From Eledone cirrhosa (lineage: Eukaryota): a stretch of DNA of 64,000 nt. Where the stretch lies: contig OZ024743.1 of assembly GCA_964016885.1 (NCBI GenBank), positions 105,152,001-105,216,000 on the forward strand, read 5' to 3'. The notes under the pieces were generated by a model. That model saw nothing but the letters and a program-made list of their open reading frames with translations. It had not been told where the DNA came from and did not search any database. Both the position numbers and the translations under genes were made by a program. Positions 37,328 to 51,765 of the stretch are shown piece by piece. Position 1 is the stretch's first letter; each line of letters opens with the position of its first letter.

Positions 37328-37752
37328 TATATATATGTGTATGTGTGTAGATCTCGAGTTAAATCAAGGGAAACTACAGTTAAAAAGGTACTCAATACAT
37401 TGGTAGAGTGTAAGCATCATTATATAATACAGAAATGGCTTCTACATGACTAGAAATAAATATATATATATATATATAATAACTAGAAATTGATTAACAT
37501 ATAAATATACATGAATAATCATACTTAAAGGTATAAATTTAATTATTACCCAAACTAGCTATGCGTGGTTACACGCGTGTAAAAATTATCTCCTGTGATT
37601 ATTCATGTATTTTATATGTTAATCAATTTCTAGTTATTATAAAATGCTCGGATTTATCTTTGAGCTTATTTCCAGGCGATATGGCGCATGCCATTATGAC
37701 ATGACACCCACAATTTTGATTTAGATTAAATTCATTTAATTTATCTTAATTT

Positions 37753-37915
<163 letters not shown>

Positions 37916-37984
37916 GTGTGTGTGTAAGAACATGTATTTTTCTTTAAATATGTTTTTAAACGTGATGTCCTACACGGGTGAAAG

Positions 37985-39729
37985 TATAAGGAAAAGAAAT
38001 TGAAAATACAAATGGAGTCTTTTAAGAATATTTATTTATTTACTTTACCGGTTTCACAATCATAAAAAGACATAAATATTGAAACAGACATCCACTCTAC
38101 AAACCAACAATTTCCAAGCAATATCTGCTATTCACCTCCAGCCATCCAAAGCACATGAAGACGAACATTCCTTTTAATCTAGCAAGAACAATTGTCTCCG
38201 ATTATAAAACGCGAAATAAAAGACTCCAAGAATTAAAGGAAATTCTGCTCGAAAGACAGTACCCACAGTTATTAATAAATAATGGAATAGAAAGGACTAA
38301 AGCGATAGACATTGAAAATTACGAATACCGAAACAAACTCAAGGTACGTCCAATATTCTATCATATATCTCAACGCACAACCCAAGAAATAGGGAAACAT
38401 ATAACATTATCCACAAGAACATCCCATCATTGAATTAAGACCCAAGAATAAAAAAAGCACTTGAAGAACACAAAATAATCAAAAGTAAAAGACAACCTAA
38501 ATCACTAAAAATATTACTCACCAATGCCAAATTAGCCAATACAAACCCAACACTATATGTGAAAAAAATGTGGTCGCTCTAATTGCGAAACTTGCACTCA
38601 CTACATTGAAGGGACAACATTTGTACACATTTCAATCAAGACAACATTTTGTTGCAAAAAATCATTTCACTTGTTCATAAAAAATTTAGTTTATGCCATT
38701 AAATATAAAGGATCTAATCAAGATTATATAGAGCAAATTAAACTCTCCTTCAGAAACAAAATGACAATTCGTCGCCAACAATTACGAGACCCTACCACAA
38801 GACAGATACTACATATGTACAAATAATAGGACACCCGAATTCCACTTTATATTTGTTCTGACAATACAACACACCAAATACGAATAAATAAGGAAAATAT
38901 GTTTATTCAAAAATATAGACCAGCATTAAATATAGTTTAATATACATTGATATTTTAACACCATAACATGCTAACCATCCACACACACACGCACTCACAT
39001 AACACCCTTCTGTATATTCGAAAATAAAAGACCATAGCTAAATATACTTGAACATACGTTAATATTTTAATACCTTAACATGCTAACCTAACGATGCCCC
39101 CCACCCCCACACACACTTAACGCCCTTCTCCATTTCTACTAATGGAATCAATTTTATTTCTATTATCAAGACGATAAACCGCTTTGCTACACACACGCAC
39201 GCACACAAATAAAACAATATTTTTCTTTTCTACCCTGCCACCACTATCGACACAAACATTCAATTCATTTCAGTAAAAAAGTCTGAACGTTGCACGTCAG
39301 CACGACATCAGCCACACTCACTGAACCAGAACTATTATCTTTTGTTTGGCACAAAATGTTCTATGACAAAACCATCCTTTTCTGGCACCTATATTATATA
39401 GCCAATCACATGACTGTGACAAACAATTAAGATGTAAAATATAATAAGAACTTTCGAATATGAACTGGCGCGAAATTTATTGTACTTACTCACGTGACAG
39501 TCATCAACCAACTAAATTACTTTAAACCCCTTTCCCCAATAATTTGAGCGACTTTTCTCGCATAAATCAGAAAGAACATTCGAACACGAACCAGATGCGA
39601 GACAAACCAAAACAGAAACACAAACCCTCTATTTCAATATGACTTTTGAAAATCATTAGAACTGTGAAACCGGTAAAGTAAATAAATAAATATTCTTAAA
39701 AGACTCCAGTTGCATTTTCAATTTCTTTT

Positions 39730-39732
<3 letters not shown>
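37985..39732 (+). mobile_element. 5'-truncated PLE (RT thumb plus GIY-YIG remnant 38061-38940) with short inverted 5' pLTR
   Basis: ETDIH..KPTISKQYLLFTSSHPKHMKTNIPFNLAR, later FIQKYRPALN. 37990-38057 is the reverse complement of 39663-39732. Same family as 7360-8790. Confidence 0.85.
39642..39679 (+). ncRNA. Minimal hammerhead-like motif, U3-A8 core
   Basis: actt TTGAAAA tcattagaactgt GAAA CCGG TA aagt. Stem I actt/aagt pairs; stem II is decayed. Confidence 0.55.
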
Positions 39733-39759
<27 letters not shown>

Positions 39760-39767
<8 letters not shown>

Positions 39768-39943
39768 ACAAATATTAATAAAATAGATGTTCTTTTGATC
39801 AATTACATTTTATTATACATATTTCGAAATATGTATAATAAAATGTAATTGATCAAAAGAACATCTATTTTATTAATATTTGTATTTTAATATTAATAAC
39901 TCTGGAAAATTATTTTTCGTAGAGTGCTTCCAATCTACTGTAA

Positions 39944-39948
<5 letters not shown>
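39760..39948. mobile_element. Fold-back pLTR tail, palindrome centred on tttcgaaa (~39825)
   Basis: 39765-39825 mirrors 39826-39886. Sits between two (TA)n tracts. Confidence 0.85.
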
Positions 39949-40010
<62 letters not shown>

Positions 40011-40339
40011 AGGAATTATATATAAGCAAAATAAACATAGTGCAATATATTTACATAAAAAGTATGACTAACAAGGAAATCAAAATGAGTGGTTTAAAAA
40101 TGGCTGAACTGCCGAGAGCTACACGAAAATGGAAATTATATACCTATCTAATCATTAAGCCGTATAAAAGAAAAAAATACAAAAACCGAAACATATGAAG
40201 TATAATCGAATTTCGACCTGAATTGTCTGTTTGGTTAAGCCGGTTGCGTAGCCACTGTACGCCAACTTGGACATATAGCTGCACTAAATGGCTTGGTTTA
40301 TCCTTCATTTACACTATAGTATTCCTAATATCGAGTAAT

Positions 40340-40539
40340 TGTTTCTACTTTAGGCACAAGGCCAGCAATTACCCAGTGCATTACTGATACTTTATTTTAT
40401 CGACACCGTAAGGATGAAAGGCAAAGTCAAAGTTAAAGAGGAATAACCGACCACTGTGTGAACTCAGATCGTAAAGGGACGTAACTATGCTGGAAAGCAT
40501 GGCGTCCGACCCTCTACTGATACTGCCAATCCACCGCCC
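40340..40539 (-). mobile_element. SINE family 1 with 20-bp TSD
   Basis: TSD tattcctaatatcgagtaat at 40320-40339 and 40546-40565. Confidence 0.92.
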
Positions 40540-40656
40540 TTTTTTTATTCCTAATATCGAGTAATAGAGGTTCTTCTGGGTTTCAGTTTTAGAATTTATG
40601 TTGAAATGTCTCTAGAAAAAAAATGAATGTTTTCTATGATGATATTTGATGCTGGA

Positions 40657-40800
40657 AGTGGCGAATTTGCAGAGACGGATAGAATGCTCTGCAGTATTCG
40701 TTCCAGAATTCTGCTCTTTGAGTTCAAATATCACCGAGGTCAACCCTGCTTTTCATTCTTTTGAGGTTGATAAAATGTTCCAGTCGAGTAGTGTGGTCGG
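40657..40800 (+). mobile_element. SINE family 1, old copy
   Basis: gagttcaaatatcaccgaggtcaaccctgcttttcattcttttgaggttgataaaat. Confidence 0.7.
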
Positions 40801-41403
40801 TTATTCCTCTTTAACAGTTTATAACTTCCACTGGCACCGCCAGGTTTAAAATGACTAAGGTACGATGTATGTTATCTACGGCGGTGCTACGACTCCACTT
40901 AGAGTTTGTGTTCCATACATACATTTGATGTTAGATACCTGGAAGAAGTAGTTGGTATTTTTGGTGTTCAGCAGAGAGTAGAGGGTGAATGTTATGGTGA
41001 ATGTACACTAAAAATCTTGCCCAGAATCTCAAATCTCAAATAAGGGATATGAATACATAATACGAGTCTAAGCTATAAACAGATATACGATAAATATTCA
41101 CAAACGATCGGACAACAGTGTAGCGCAAGTAACATTCCTGAAAGTTTATGTATTGCTGGTGTTTGTGCTTGTGAAATGGCATTAAATGATTCCGAAGCTT
41201 CGAGATACTTTTATAGCAAACATTCAGTTAGGGTTTTATATCTGAAGTGGATGAAAATAGATGTTTCCCTGTATAAGGTGACGAATTATTGCTCGTAATA
41301 TTTCCAAACGAGAAGCTATCTATTTCAGATACCTAAAGAACCTGAGTGTTTTAGAAATACAGATCAGATGATAAGGACATCAAACTACAGTGCTTACTAA
41401 CCT

Positions 41404-41605
41404 GGTGGATTGCAGAATTGGCGGTGCGTCGCATAAAATACTATTGTACCATTTGTTTCAGCTCTTTACAGTCTAAATTCAAATCTCGTCGAGGTCAACT
41501 TTGCGTTACATCGTCTCGGGGTCGATTAAATAAAGTAATGTGGTTGATTTAATCAACTTTGCTTTTTCCTAAAATTTGTTGGTCTTGTGCCTAAATTAGA
41601 AAACA
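41404..41605 (+). mobile_element. SINE family 1, old copy
   Basis: ttcaaatctcgtcgaggtcaactttgcgttacatcgtctcggggtcgattaaataaagt..tcttgtgcctaaattagaaa. Confidence 0.75.
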
Positions 41606-41659
41606 ATGTATAGTGGTCTCTTATTAAACACCGTGATGTCGCCTGTCACAGTAAATAAA

Positions 41660-42140
41660 GGTTCGGCTTATGACCGCATAATCATGAGTTCCATCCTCAG
41701 AGGGTGCGTTGTCTACTTGAACAAGGCACTTCCCTTCACGTTGCTCCAGTCCGCTCAGCTGGCAATGGTGAGTTGTATCTGTAATTCGAAAGGCCAGTCT
41801 TGTGACACACTCCGTCCCAGTGAATCGCCCTGATTTCTACTTTAAAGGTACACATGTTTGTGGAAGGCAATATTGTGAAGGTGCAAGGCGTAATGGTTAG
41901 GATGCTGGACTCATGAAGTTAAGGTCATGAGTTCGATTCCCGGACAATTAATTTCCCGTTCATCCAGTCCCCTTTAATTCAAGAGGCTAGCCTCACCATA
42001 CATTTTGTCACACTTATCTCGCTGAGAACTATGTCAAGTGTACAAGTGTCTGGGGAATGCTCAGCCACATGCATGTAAATCTCACAAGCAGGAAGTTCTG
42101 TTGATTGAATCCACTGAAACACTCGTCGTCGTAAACGACC
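41660..42140 (+). mobile_element. Two adjacent/nested SINE family 2 remnants
   Basis: Two tRNA-like heads (atgagttccatcc; atgagttcgattcccgg) and the shared family-2 tail. Confidence 0.55.
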
Positions 42141-42604
42141 GAGGCCTAATTGATAAGCACACGAAGTGACACAATCTAATAGTATAGAAACTAGCGGCTA
42201 TATTCCTTCTACAATAAATTGTCTACTGAAAGGACATCAGTGTATGCCTTCACAACCACCAATTCCTTTATTTTTGTCTTGACCTGCAAAAGTTAGGACA
42301 TTTATTGAATTTCATAACCACAGTCAGTTTTATTTAATCCTCAATCTAGTAAGTGCTGAAATAATACGAGGAAGAGCTAGAGATATTCTGGAGCAGGACC
42401 TGAAAAATGGTGACAAAAGAAGCCGACGGAATTATGGTGATAACTTGAAATAATAAAGGGGAGAATCGAAAAAGAATATGACATGAAAGGATTGAGTAGG
42501 AGAGGGAAATATTTTGCGCAAGAAGTAAATCAACTATTTGTCCTCCTTTCCTCTTTAAACTTTCATACTCCTGCGTCAATCTTCTTTTTAATAGCTCTTT
42601 CTAA

Positions 42605-42812
42605 CATTGGCACAAGACCAGCAATCTGTAGAAAGGGGAAAGTCGACTATATCGACCCCAGTGCGTAACTGGTACGCTTTTATTTGTCGACTCTGGAAGA
42701 ATGAAAGGCAAAGTTGAATTCGGCAGGATTTGAAATTTGAACGCAAAAAGTCGTAACTAAATACCGCAAATCATCTTGTCCGACGTTCTACAGATGCTAC
42801 CAACCCACCACC
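42605..42812 (-). mobile_element. SINE family 1
   Basis: tggcacaagaccagcaat..atcgaccccagtgcgtaactggtac..atgaaaggcaaagttgaattcggcaggatttgaa. Confidence 0.8.
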
Positions 42813-42889
42813 CTTCTTAGTTTTAGTTTTATATTTTTATTCTCGTCTTTGTGACCGCTATTGTCATTCGATTCGTATAGCGTTGTCGA

Positions 42890-43232
42890 TGCAGTATGAT
42901 CAAATGGTTCAAACGTTCGCCTCGCAATCATTGGATATCGAGTTCGATACTACGGGCTGGCATTTTGGGAAATGTCATTTATCATAATCTCGGGTAGACT
43001 CCTAAATTGGCTGTGAAACAGGGTAGACGGAAAGTGCTTGGAAGCCCGTCAGATGGATTGTACGAGTATTTCAAATAGCCATCCTTGTCACAAAATTTCA
43101 GGCAGAATCTCCATGAGAATCTACTTTGAAGTTATAAGTGTCTGTGGAATGCTCAACCACCGCTACGCTAATTTCATGTGTAGGCTGTTCTGTTGATCAA
43201 ACAACTGGAGCAATCATCGTCGAAACCGATAT
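42890..43232 (+). mobile_element. SINE family 2
   Basis: aatggttcaaacgttcgcctcgcaatc..gagttcgata head. Body and tail align with 26178-26478. Confidence 0.65.
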
Positions 43233-43391
43233 ATGTCCATTCCGTTTCTTATTTCCAAGTTGTCTTCACGTTACTTTTCTACTACAACTTTTACACCAAG
43301 TTCACCTCCTAATACCACCCCCTCTTCTTACTCCCCACTTCTTTTCATTTTCTTACTCAGTCTTTTAAACATTTCTATATATGAAATAATT

Positions 43392-43461
<70 letters not shown>

Positions 43462-43569
43462 AGTGTATATATACCTCTATCGTTTCACCTTAGCTGACAG
43501 CCATCTGGTTCATCTTGTCTTTATGACATCCATAGATTTAATTTCACACGCGCATGAACACTTACACAT

Positions 43570-43782
<213 letters not shown>

Positions 43783-44269
43783 TATATATATATATTTATA
43801 TATTTATATATATATATACATAAACAAACACACACATGCACATAAACTCACTCACACAAACATTACTAAAAGCATTTCGTTTCTGATGTTCTTTTATATA
43901 GAACCTATCGAGACTTAGATCACCAAGGCTTAATATTGTTAAAGTGAAATTCGGAGCCGCCTTAAAGCCTCAACGGAAATAAATGGAGTTGAGTCAGTGT
44001 AGTGCTTGCACGACCCCCTACCCATTTATGTATATACTCTTAGTTTATATTGAAATGTGTTGTTTTAATCAGTGTGCAATGTAGTGGGAATTGTATAGAT
44101 GGATAATGTTTACCACATAAGAAAACTGTGTAAATCTGCTGGGATTGAGTTTATCTTTGCAAACAGCAGGTTAAGATGCTTTTTTTCTTAACATACGGAC
44201 ATACACATAACCAGGACTGGGGTGTCGGTGGCGATTACTGTGAGGATGAGGGATACGGTGGGGGTAAGA

Positions 44270-44960
44270 TTAAGCGTTAAGGTGAGTGTGAGAGTGAATG
44301 TGTAAGCTGTGTTTAGGGTTTGGATTAAGGTCAAGTTAAGGTTCAGGCTTAGGACAGGGTTAGTGTTAGAGTAAGGATCAGTGTTATGGTTAGGGTCATG
44401 GTCAGTTAGGGTAAGGCTTAGCGTTTGTGTTAGTGTTAATGTTAGGATTAGGGTTAAGGTTAGGTTAAGTGTTAGGGTTAGGGATAGGGCTAGAGTCTGC
44501 GTTAGGTTTAGGGCTATGGCTTAGTTTAGGGTTACTTTTAGGGCTAGAGATAATGCGATGGATAGGGCTTGGACTAAGTTTAAAGTTAGATTTAGGGCTA
44601 GTGTTAATGCTATGGCAAGAGTTTCGGTTAGGTTCCGGTTTATGGCAAGTGTTAGGGTTAGGTTAAGAGCTAGGGTTAGGGTAATGGTTATACTTAGGTT
44701 AAGTTTACTGTTAGAGTTTGGGTTAGGATTAGTGTTAGGGCTAGAGTTAGGGCTGAGTTTAATGTGAGGGTAAGGGCCAGGGCTAGGGTTAAATTTATTG
44801 TTAAGCTTTTGGTTTGGTTTAGGGTTGGGGTTAGAGTTAGGTTTAGGGTTAGGTATAGAGTTAGGTTTAGGTTTATAGTTAGAATTAGATTGGTTAGAGT
44901 TAGGGTTTGTAGTGGGGTTGGATTTGGGCTTAGGTTTAGGGTTAGGGTTAGGTTAAGACA
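44270..44960 (+). repeat. Degenerate interstitial telomere-like hexamer tract (TTAGGG-type)
   Basis: 6-bp periodic ggttag/gtttag/gattag/gctag with perfect ttagggttaggg stretches. Confidence 0.8.
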
Positions 44961-45814
44961 TAGATAGAGTCGGAGTGTATATGTATGTGAGACAGAGAAA
45001 GAGGAAGTGGGGAAGGATGTTAAAGAAAGAGTCAACCCTAGTATTTGGCTGGTAGTGTTTTTGACCCCACTGGTATGAATTGCAAAGTTAATCTCGGATG
45101 GATTTGAACTGGGAAAACGCACTGATATCATATCGCAAAACATTCTAACCTACACAACCTGCATTATATTATAGTTTCACTAAATAACAACCCCACCTAA
45201 AAACAACGAGAACAAATCAATTCAGACATGTCAGAGAAAATGAGATAAATATATAAAAATAAAATAGTTCGTCTCAGTTTCGAACTCGTGAGAAACCTGA
45301 AGGTTAAGAGAATAATTTATTTACTAACGCCTTCGTATTATTGTCAAGGAAGAGATATTTCAAGGAGAAACTTGAATCTGAGAAGAAAGATCTTTCGTAG
45401 AATGTTCTGCAAGAACAAAAAAGAAAAAGACAAAAAAAGACAAAAAAGACAAAAAAAGAAGAAAAAAAAGAAAAAAGAGAAAACAAAAGCTGCTGCTTTG
45501 AAAAAAAAACCAAAACATTAATCAAAACGAAAGAAAACAGAAACAAATTAATCACAATAAACATTAAACACATTATAGTTAACTACATATGTTTTTTTTA
45601 AAATGGAACATATACAACGAGTGGTGAGTTGTGTTTTTTCACAAGTTGCAATCATTAGAATACGGTCATGCCGGAGCACAATCTCGGGGGGATTTTCGTC
45701 AATTATATCGACACCAGTGTATATTTTTTTCAACGCGGTCAGAATTGGTAGAGCATTGAACAAAAACCTTGCGGAATTTGTTTCAGCTCTTTATGTATCA
45801 AATGCATAGACAGC

Positions 45815-46025
45815 GACAATGGCAGAATCATTAGGGTGTTGGATTTAAAATTCCCTGCTATTCATTCTGGTTTACTGCACTCCGCGTTCAAATCCGTTCG
45901 AGGTTAACTTTGTCGTTCTTTATTCAGAGGTCGATAAAATAAAGTACAAGTCAAGTACTGGGGTTGATATAATCGATTTACCCCCCCCCCCCGCACAAAC
46001 TGTTGGCATTGTGCCTAAATATGGT
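45815..46025 (+). mobile_element. SINE family 1
   Basis: tggcagaatcattag..gttcaaatccgttcgaggttaacttt..gaggtcgataaaataaagtac. Confidence 0.75.
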
Positions 46026-46232
46026 ATTATTATCCCAACCAATATAATACTTCCCTTTTAAATAGGATATAATGGGATTTGCTAGAGATTCGACTGCTAT
46101 CTTTAGCAGCTGATTGATCGGATATAAGAACCTTTGTCCATAGTACTAAATTAGGAATTGGTGATGCATTGTAAAAGATTCACAACTATAACATCTATTG
46201 ATATAAGGAATACATTTCATTATTATTAAAAA

Positions 46233-46420
46233 GGGCGGTGAATTGGCAGTATCGGTAGAGGGTCGGGCGCCATGCTTTGCAGCACAGTTACGTCCCTTTA
46301 CGGACTGATTTCAAATTCCGCCGAGGTTAACTTTGCCTTTCATCCTTACGGGGTCGATAAAATAAAGTACCAGTAATACACTGGGTAATTGCTGGCCTTG
46401 TGCCTAAAATAGAAACAATT
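46233..46420 (+). mobile_element. SINE family 1, young full-length, TSD attattattaaa
   Basis: Full consensus ggcggtgaattggcagtatcggtagagggtcgg..gaaacaattatt. Confidence 0.92.
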
Positions 46421-46606
46421 ATTATTAAAGTGTTTCAGTTTCTTTCTATGGCACTTTAATAACTGACTAAATATCTATTGAGGACCTAGCTAAACTCACC
46501 TCCATGCAGTGCTCTCTCAGAAAGCATTTGCTATAGGAAAATATGTTGATGAATGATTATAACATACATACATGCATTCATACATACATACATACATACA
46601 TACATA

Positions 46607-48192
46607 GATGGACTGCTACAGATACCTGGGGATAGATGAGAACATATCCTATAATGGTATCTGTAATAAAGAACGCGTAACCAGGGAATACTACACCCGA
46701 TTAAGAAAGTTATGGTTATGGGAACTCTCTGCACACAATAAAACTGGCTCACAACGTGTTTGCTGTGTCTGTCCTAACACCAACGTTTGGCATACTCAAT
46801 TGGACGATAGACGAAATTCAAGCAATTGATGTTAGCACTCGAAAAATACTAAACAACACCGAAAATTTCCACATCAACAATGACATAGACCGCCTTTACT
46901 TCAAACTTAAGCAGGGAGGCAGAGGTCTAATATCAGTCCAGGCAACATATGATTGTCGCATCATATCCATCCGACAACATCTACGAATCTCGAAGCGTCC
47001 TTTCTCCCAAGCAAGTCTATCTGCACGAAACAGATAAGATCATGAGGGTTGGTAAGGGACTCATTGAAAGATATTCCCTGTGTGATAATCAAAAACTCAC
47101 ACCCAGGGAGGTTGCTCAGCAATACCGCAGTGAATCCATGCGGAAAAACTGCATGCTTATCAGCAAAAAATCAGGCATGAATATGTTTCTAGGAAGCTCC
47201 AGAGTGATAGTAATATAGATAAACAAAGTAGTCTGTCTTGGACCAACAACCGCTATATTGGCTCCCACTTTGAAGGATACGCGTTTGCAATCCAAGAACA
47301 GGAAATTAATACGAAATACCTGATTCACAAAAGAGATAGGGATGCAGGTAAAACACCTAGATGTGACAAGTGCAGACTGCAGAATTAACATCGCAGATGT
47401 CACCCATGTCATAAGCAGCTGTCCAAAGATGTCATCGCTGTACTATCTACCTATGAGGCATGATGTAGTGGCCAAAATACTGTACAAAGCAATCCGTAGA
47501 AAAGATAGCCCCGATAATAAACACATTAAAAGCAACAGCAATGGTGGAAGACATACATATACATAATATGAAAGAGTACTGGTGGAATGTTCCAGTAAAA
47601 ACCCCAATAAAATGCAGGCATAACAGACCAGATATAATGATATGGGACAGGGAAAAGAAGGCATGCATAGTAGTGGAAATTAGCTGCCCAGCAGATGCCA
47701 ATATAATATCAAAGATTAGCGAAAAGGAGAATATTCATGCAGAACTAATGAGAAATCTGCAGATACTCGACCCTGATTATACCTTCAGATTTATGCCTGT
47801 GATTATTGGGGCACTCGGGTATTTTAGTAACTGCCTCAATACAAATCTTGAGAAGCTGGGCTTCAGAGGAACAGAACGAACACAACTAGTTCGGAAATTA
47901 CAAGTACAATCCATTAATGGAACAATAAAACTATGTAAAACATTCCAAACATTTTGCATCTAATAACTGCATATACACATGTACAGATACAAAGCGTATA
48001 CACATGAACACATACAACTCAAAACATCCACATCCACACATACAATAACATCCATACCTACAATGTATGCATACATACATAATCTACCTAGTTGGTGTGT
48101 AAATTCCAATGAGAGAGTCGTGTAACTATGTTAAAAACCGACTGACTCTCTCTCTATTGGCAACAAATTGTGAAATTATAAAACCAGAAGAA
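46607..48192 (+). mobile_element. 5'-truncated R4/Dong-like RLE LINE
   Basis: YRYLGIDE, RLY..QGGRGL, FAIQEQEINTKY, H..SSCPKM..RHDVVAK, HNRPDIMIWD..IVVEISCPAD..EKEN (CCHC zinc knuckle plus PD-(D/E)xK endonuclease). Frameshifted. Begins in (CATA)n. Confidence 0.9.
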
Positions 48193-48479
48193 TACATATA
48201 CACAGAAACCGGTGCGTACACACATATGTCATAACTGTTCATCGTATATCTGCGACCATCAGAAATGATATAACATGAAAAGAAAGTAAAAAATTTCCAC
48301 TCGATTCTCATTTTGAGGAATATTTAATTGTATATTCTTTGGCCCTCTTTAGCTTGGGTATGCAATGTTTTATTTTTGATTAATTCTCTGTTTATGTAAA
48401 CCCGAAGGATATGGGGAAGACAAAACGGGAACGACTTCCTTCAGTTTGGTGTAAATCATGACATTTCGAGCCGAACGAA

Positions 48480-50420
48480 GACGGCGGTGCAACACACAGG
48501 TAGGTGACGAATGAAAGCTAAGTCATGGTAACGAGAACGAAAATGCCAAAAGGACGACGTGTTGTAGGATTTAAAATCCTAGCCAGACGAAGACTTTGGG
48601 GCAAAAACACGCAGTCTCTCCTTATAAGAAAGAGACAGCGATAAATTTGCAAAACACATGCGTCTTTCGTTGCAAACGCTCTAGGATTTGGCGGCTCGGG
48701 CACCGCTGCTGAAGCGGAGTACGGACCTTGACTTCGGCGATGTGTGGCCTTACGAAAGCCAAACGCGTCGCGGCGAAGGCATCGAAGTTTGCTGGCGACG
48801 TTATCTTTCGTTCATTCAATCGATAGGAAAAGGCCGTTCTCCCGCACGGCCTAATCACCTTTCCCTACACTGTCATCCCATACGATGACGGCCTCCACGT
48901 TCTCCGACTTTTTTTTGAACTTACAACCTACACCTTACCCAAGCAATTCTACTTTTGCTGAGCTCGTTCTCCCCCTCAATTGGTTTTCCGTTTCCGGAGA
49001 GTTTTACCAGCATGTCTCTGGGGGTAGTTATGGGAACCAGAATGCCCCCGAACTCTGCCAACTTGTTCGTTGGCTACGTTGAGGTTCAGATCTTCTTCCA
49101 GTACACTGGACATACCCCTGAGCGATACGGTCGTTATATCGACGATAGTATCGGAACCACCTTACTCTCTCGTTAACAACTCAACTCTTCTCTCTCCTTC
49201 GTCCAGTCTTTTATCCTGCCTTCACCTCCACCTCCTCCGTCTCCGATTCTTACGTCCAATTTCTCGATATCTTTCTTTCTATCGCTCACATTCAACACAC
49301 TACACTCTCTCTACTTCCACCCCTACAAACCTATTTCTCCCACTCCTACCCTAACTTCACTTTCCCCCATCCCAACAACACCAAAATCTCTATACTCTAA
49401 TTTCAATTCCTCCATCTTCGTTGGTTCTGCAGCCAGGACTCTGATTTCGAGATCTAGTCTCAACGCCTGGCTTCTCACTTCATCCAGAGTGGATATCCTC
49501 CCACCATGATTCAAGCTGACCTTATCCGCGCCCGTGATACTGAACGCACCACAGCCCACTTACCGTAACACCCAACTTCTTTCCCTATCAATTATCACTC
49601 GTCAACCCTACCCCTACGGCAACGCGTCCTTCATTGCTTCCAAAACCCTCGTTTCTGACTGTCATTTCTCGCTTTTTTTCTCAACCCACCCATCACTGCC
49701 TTTAAGTACGCCCGTAATCCCCGTTCCCGACCCTGCAGTAATACCTGTATTTACATAACAATCCTCACCGTCCTCACAGCTACGAAGCATTCTTTCACAT
49801 TTCTTCACTTGCGCCTTTACCAACATCGATTATGCTCTACGGTGTTTCCTTTGAGTGTCCATATATATCAAACAAACAGGCTGCCGTCTGGCGGACCGAT
49901 TTATCGAAGGCCTGAGGGACATGCTGCTAGATAGAGACACCTCTGTCCTTCGTCACTTCCGTTTCCCCTACTCAAAACCTCACTGTCTAAGGCCTAATGT
50001 TTCGCATTGAAACTCTCAGAGGAGCCAGCCTGTTACGGTCTAACGCCCATTCTTCAAATATACGAACACGCCTACACGCGCACACACACGTACGCACACA
50101 TACACATACGCACGCATGCATTGCATACATATCCATCCCCAAATATACAATGATTACGTCCCTTCCCAAACCTCTCTAACGCGTAAGATACTCCCTGTCC
50201 ACCAAATCTCCAAAAATAGCTGACGGAATACGCATGTGTGTTTTTTCTCATTTTTACCGTTCCTTCCTCTTTTCATTTCTTTAACGTTCTATTTTATCAT
50301 TTATTTCTTAATCTATCTCCTGATGAAGGATCTGTGTCCAAAACGTTAAAACTCTTTTCCTGCTATTTCAAGTGTTAAACTAATATATTTCGTCAATGTA
50401 CTGTTTACTTTAGACACAGT
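48480..50420 (+). pseudogene. Old degenerate PLE (same group as 54590-57787); 48480-48845 probably its inverted N-terminal part; decayed HHR at 50316-50350
   Basis: SLYTVIP.DDG, AELVL.LN.FS.SGEFYQ, MGTRMPPNSANLFVGYVE, YGRYIDD, QTGCRLADRF. ctgatgaaggatctgtgtccAAAAcgtt has GAAA mutated. Confidence 0.82.
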
Positions 50421-50539
50421 TAAAAGTGGAATGATGTCCATTCTTCGTCGCAGTTGTTAGCTACCAGAGTATATAGTGAAGAGAAAGTGAGGTAATATAT
50501 GCTGCACCCATTTTACTTTGACTTACATATACGTCCGCC

Positions 50540-50965
<426 letters not shown>

Positions 50966-51211
50966 TGCACTTAATCTGGTGGTTATTAGACATAAACTGA
51001 ACCATAAAATTTATGATACTTTCTCTCAGTTGGACATTTTACAACCAATTAGAGTTCTGATAATGATCATGTATATATTTTATATATTTTCATTGAAGAT
51101 CGAGGACGTTTGTTCAGTTAGTATGCGTCAACTTCAATGGATTTAATATACTAATTACTCAAGCATGTAAGATGCACACAGTCAAACGTACATACGCGGT
51201 ACTATTTCCAT

Positions 51212-51266
<55 letters not shown>

Positions 51267-51278
51267 CTCTCTCTCTCG

Positions 51279-51323
<45 letters not shown>

Positions 51324-51481
51324 TCTCCCTCTCTCCCTCTCTCTTTTTCTCTATGTAAGTATGTATGTATGATAGGTGTTAGATATATCTATCAGTTGTT
51401 CTTAACTCTTAACTTTGTTTTATTCACACACATGCACACGGGCAGTTACACATTGAAACGTACGTACAGTGCACCCCACCC

Positions 51482-51510
<29 letters not shown>

Positions 51511-51517
<7 letters not shown>

Positions 51518-51750
51518 ATACTTTGGGAGGGTCATGTTGCCAATAAGAAACACACGCACCAGTTGCTTTCACTTCAATTTATTATAATACGTTTATAAAT
51601 TTAGGAATTTATAAATTTATTATAATAAATTGAAGTGAAATAAACTGGTGCGTGTGTTTCTTATTGGCAACATGACCCTCCCAAAGTATAACAATATCGG
51701 TTTCAACACACGTTTTCAGATAAAGAATCTTGCTAAACAAATTCAGAAAC
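51511..51750. mobile_element. Fold-back pLTR tail (arms 51511-51589 / 51618-51696)
   Basis: Inverted arms of ~78 bp. Related to 13704-13747. Lies between (TA)n tracts. Confidence 0.85.
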
Positions 51751-51765
51751 AATATATATATATAT

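Noticed and set aside
44469-45143. LGLGL/VRVR/LTLTL ORFs
   Set aside because: Products of the telomere-like hexamer repeat
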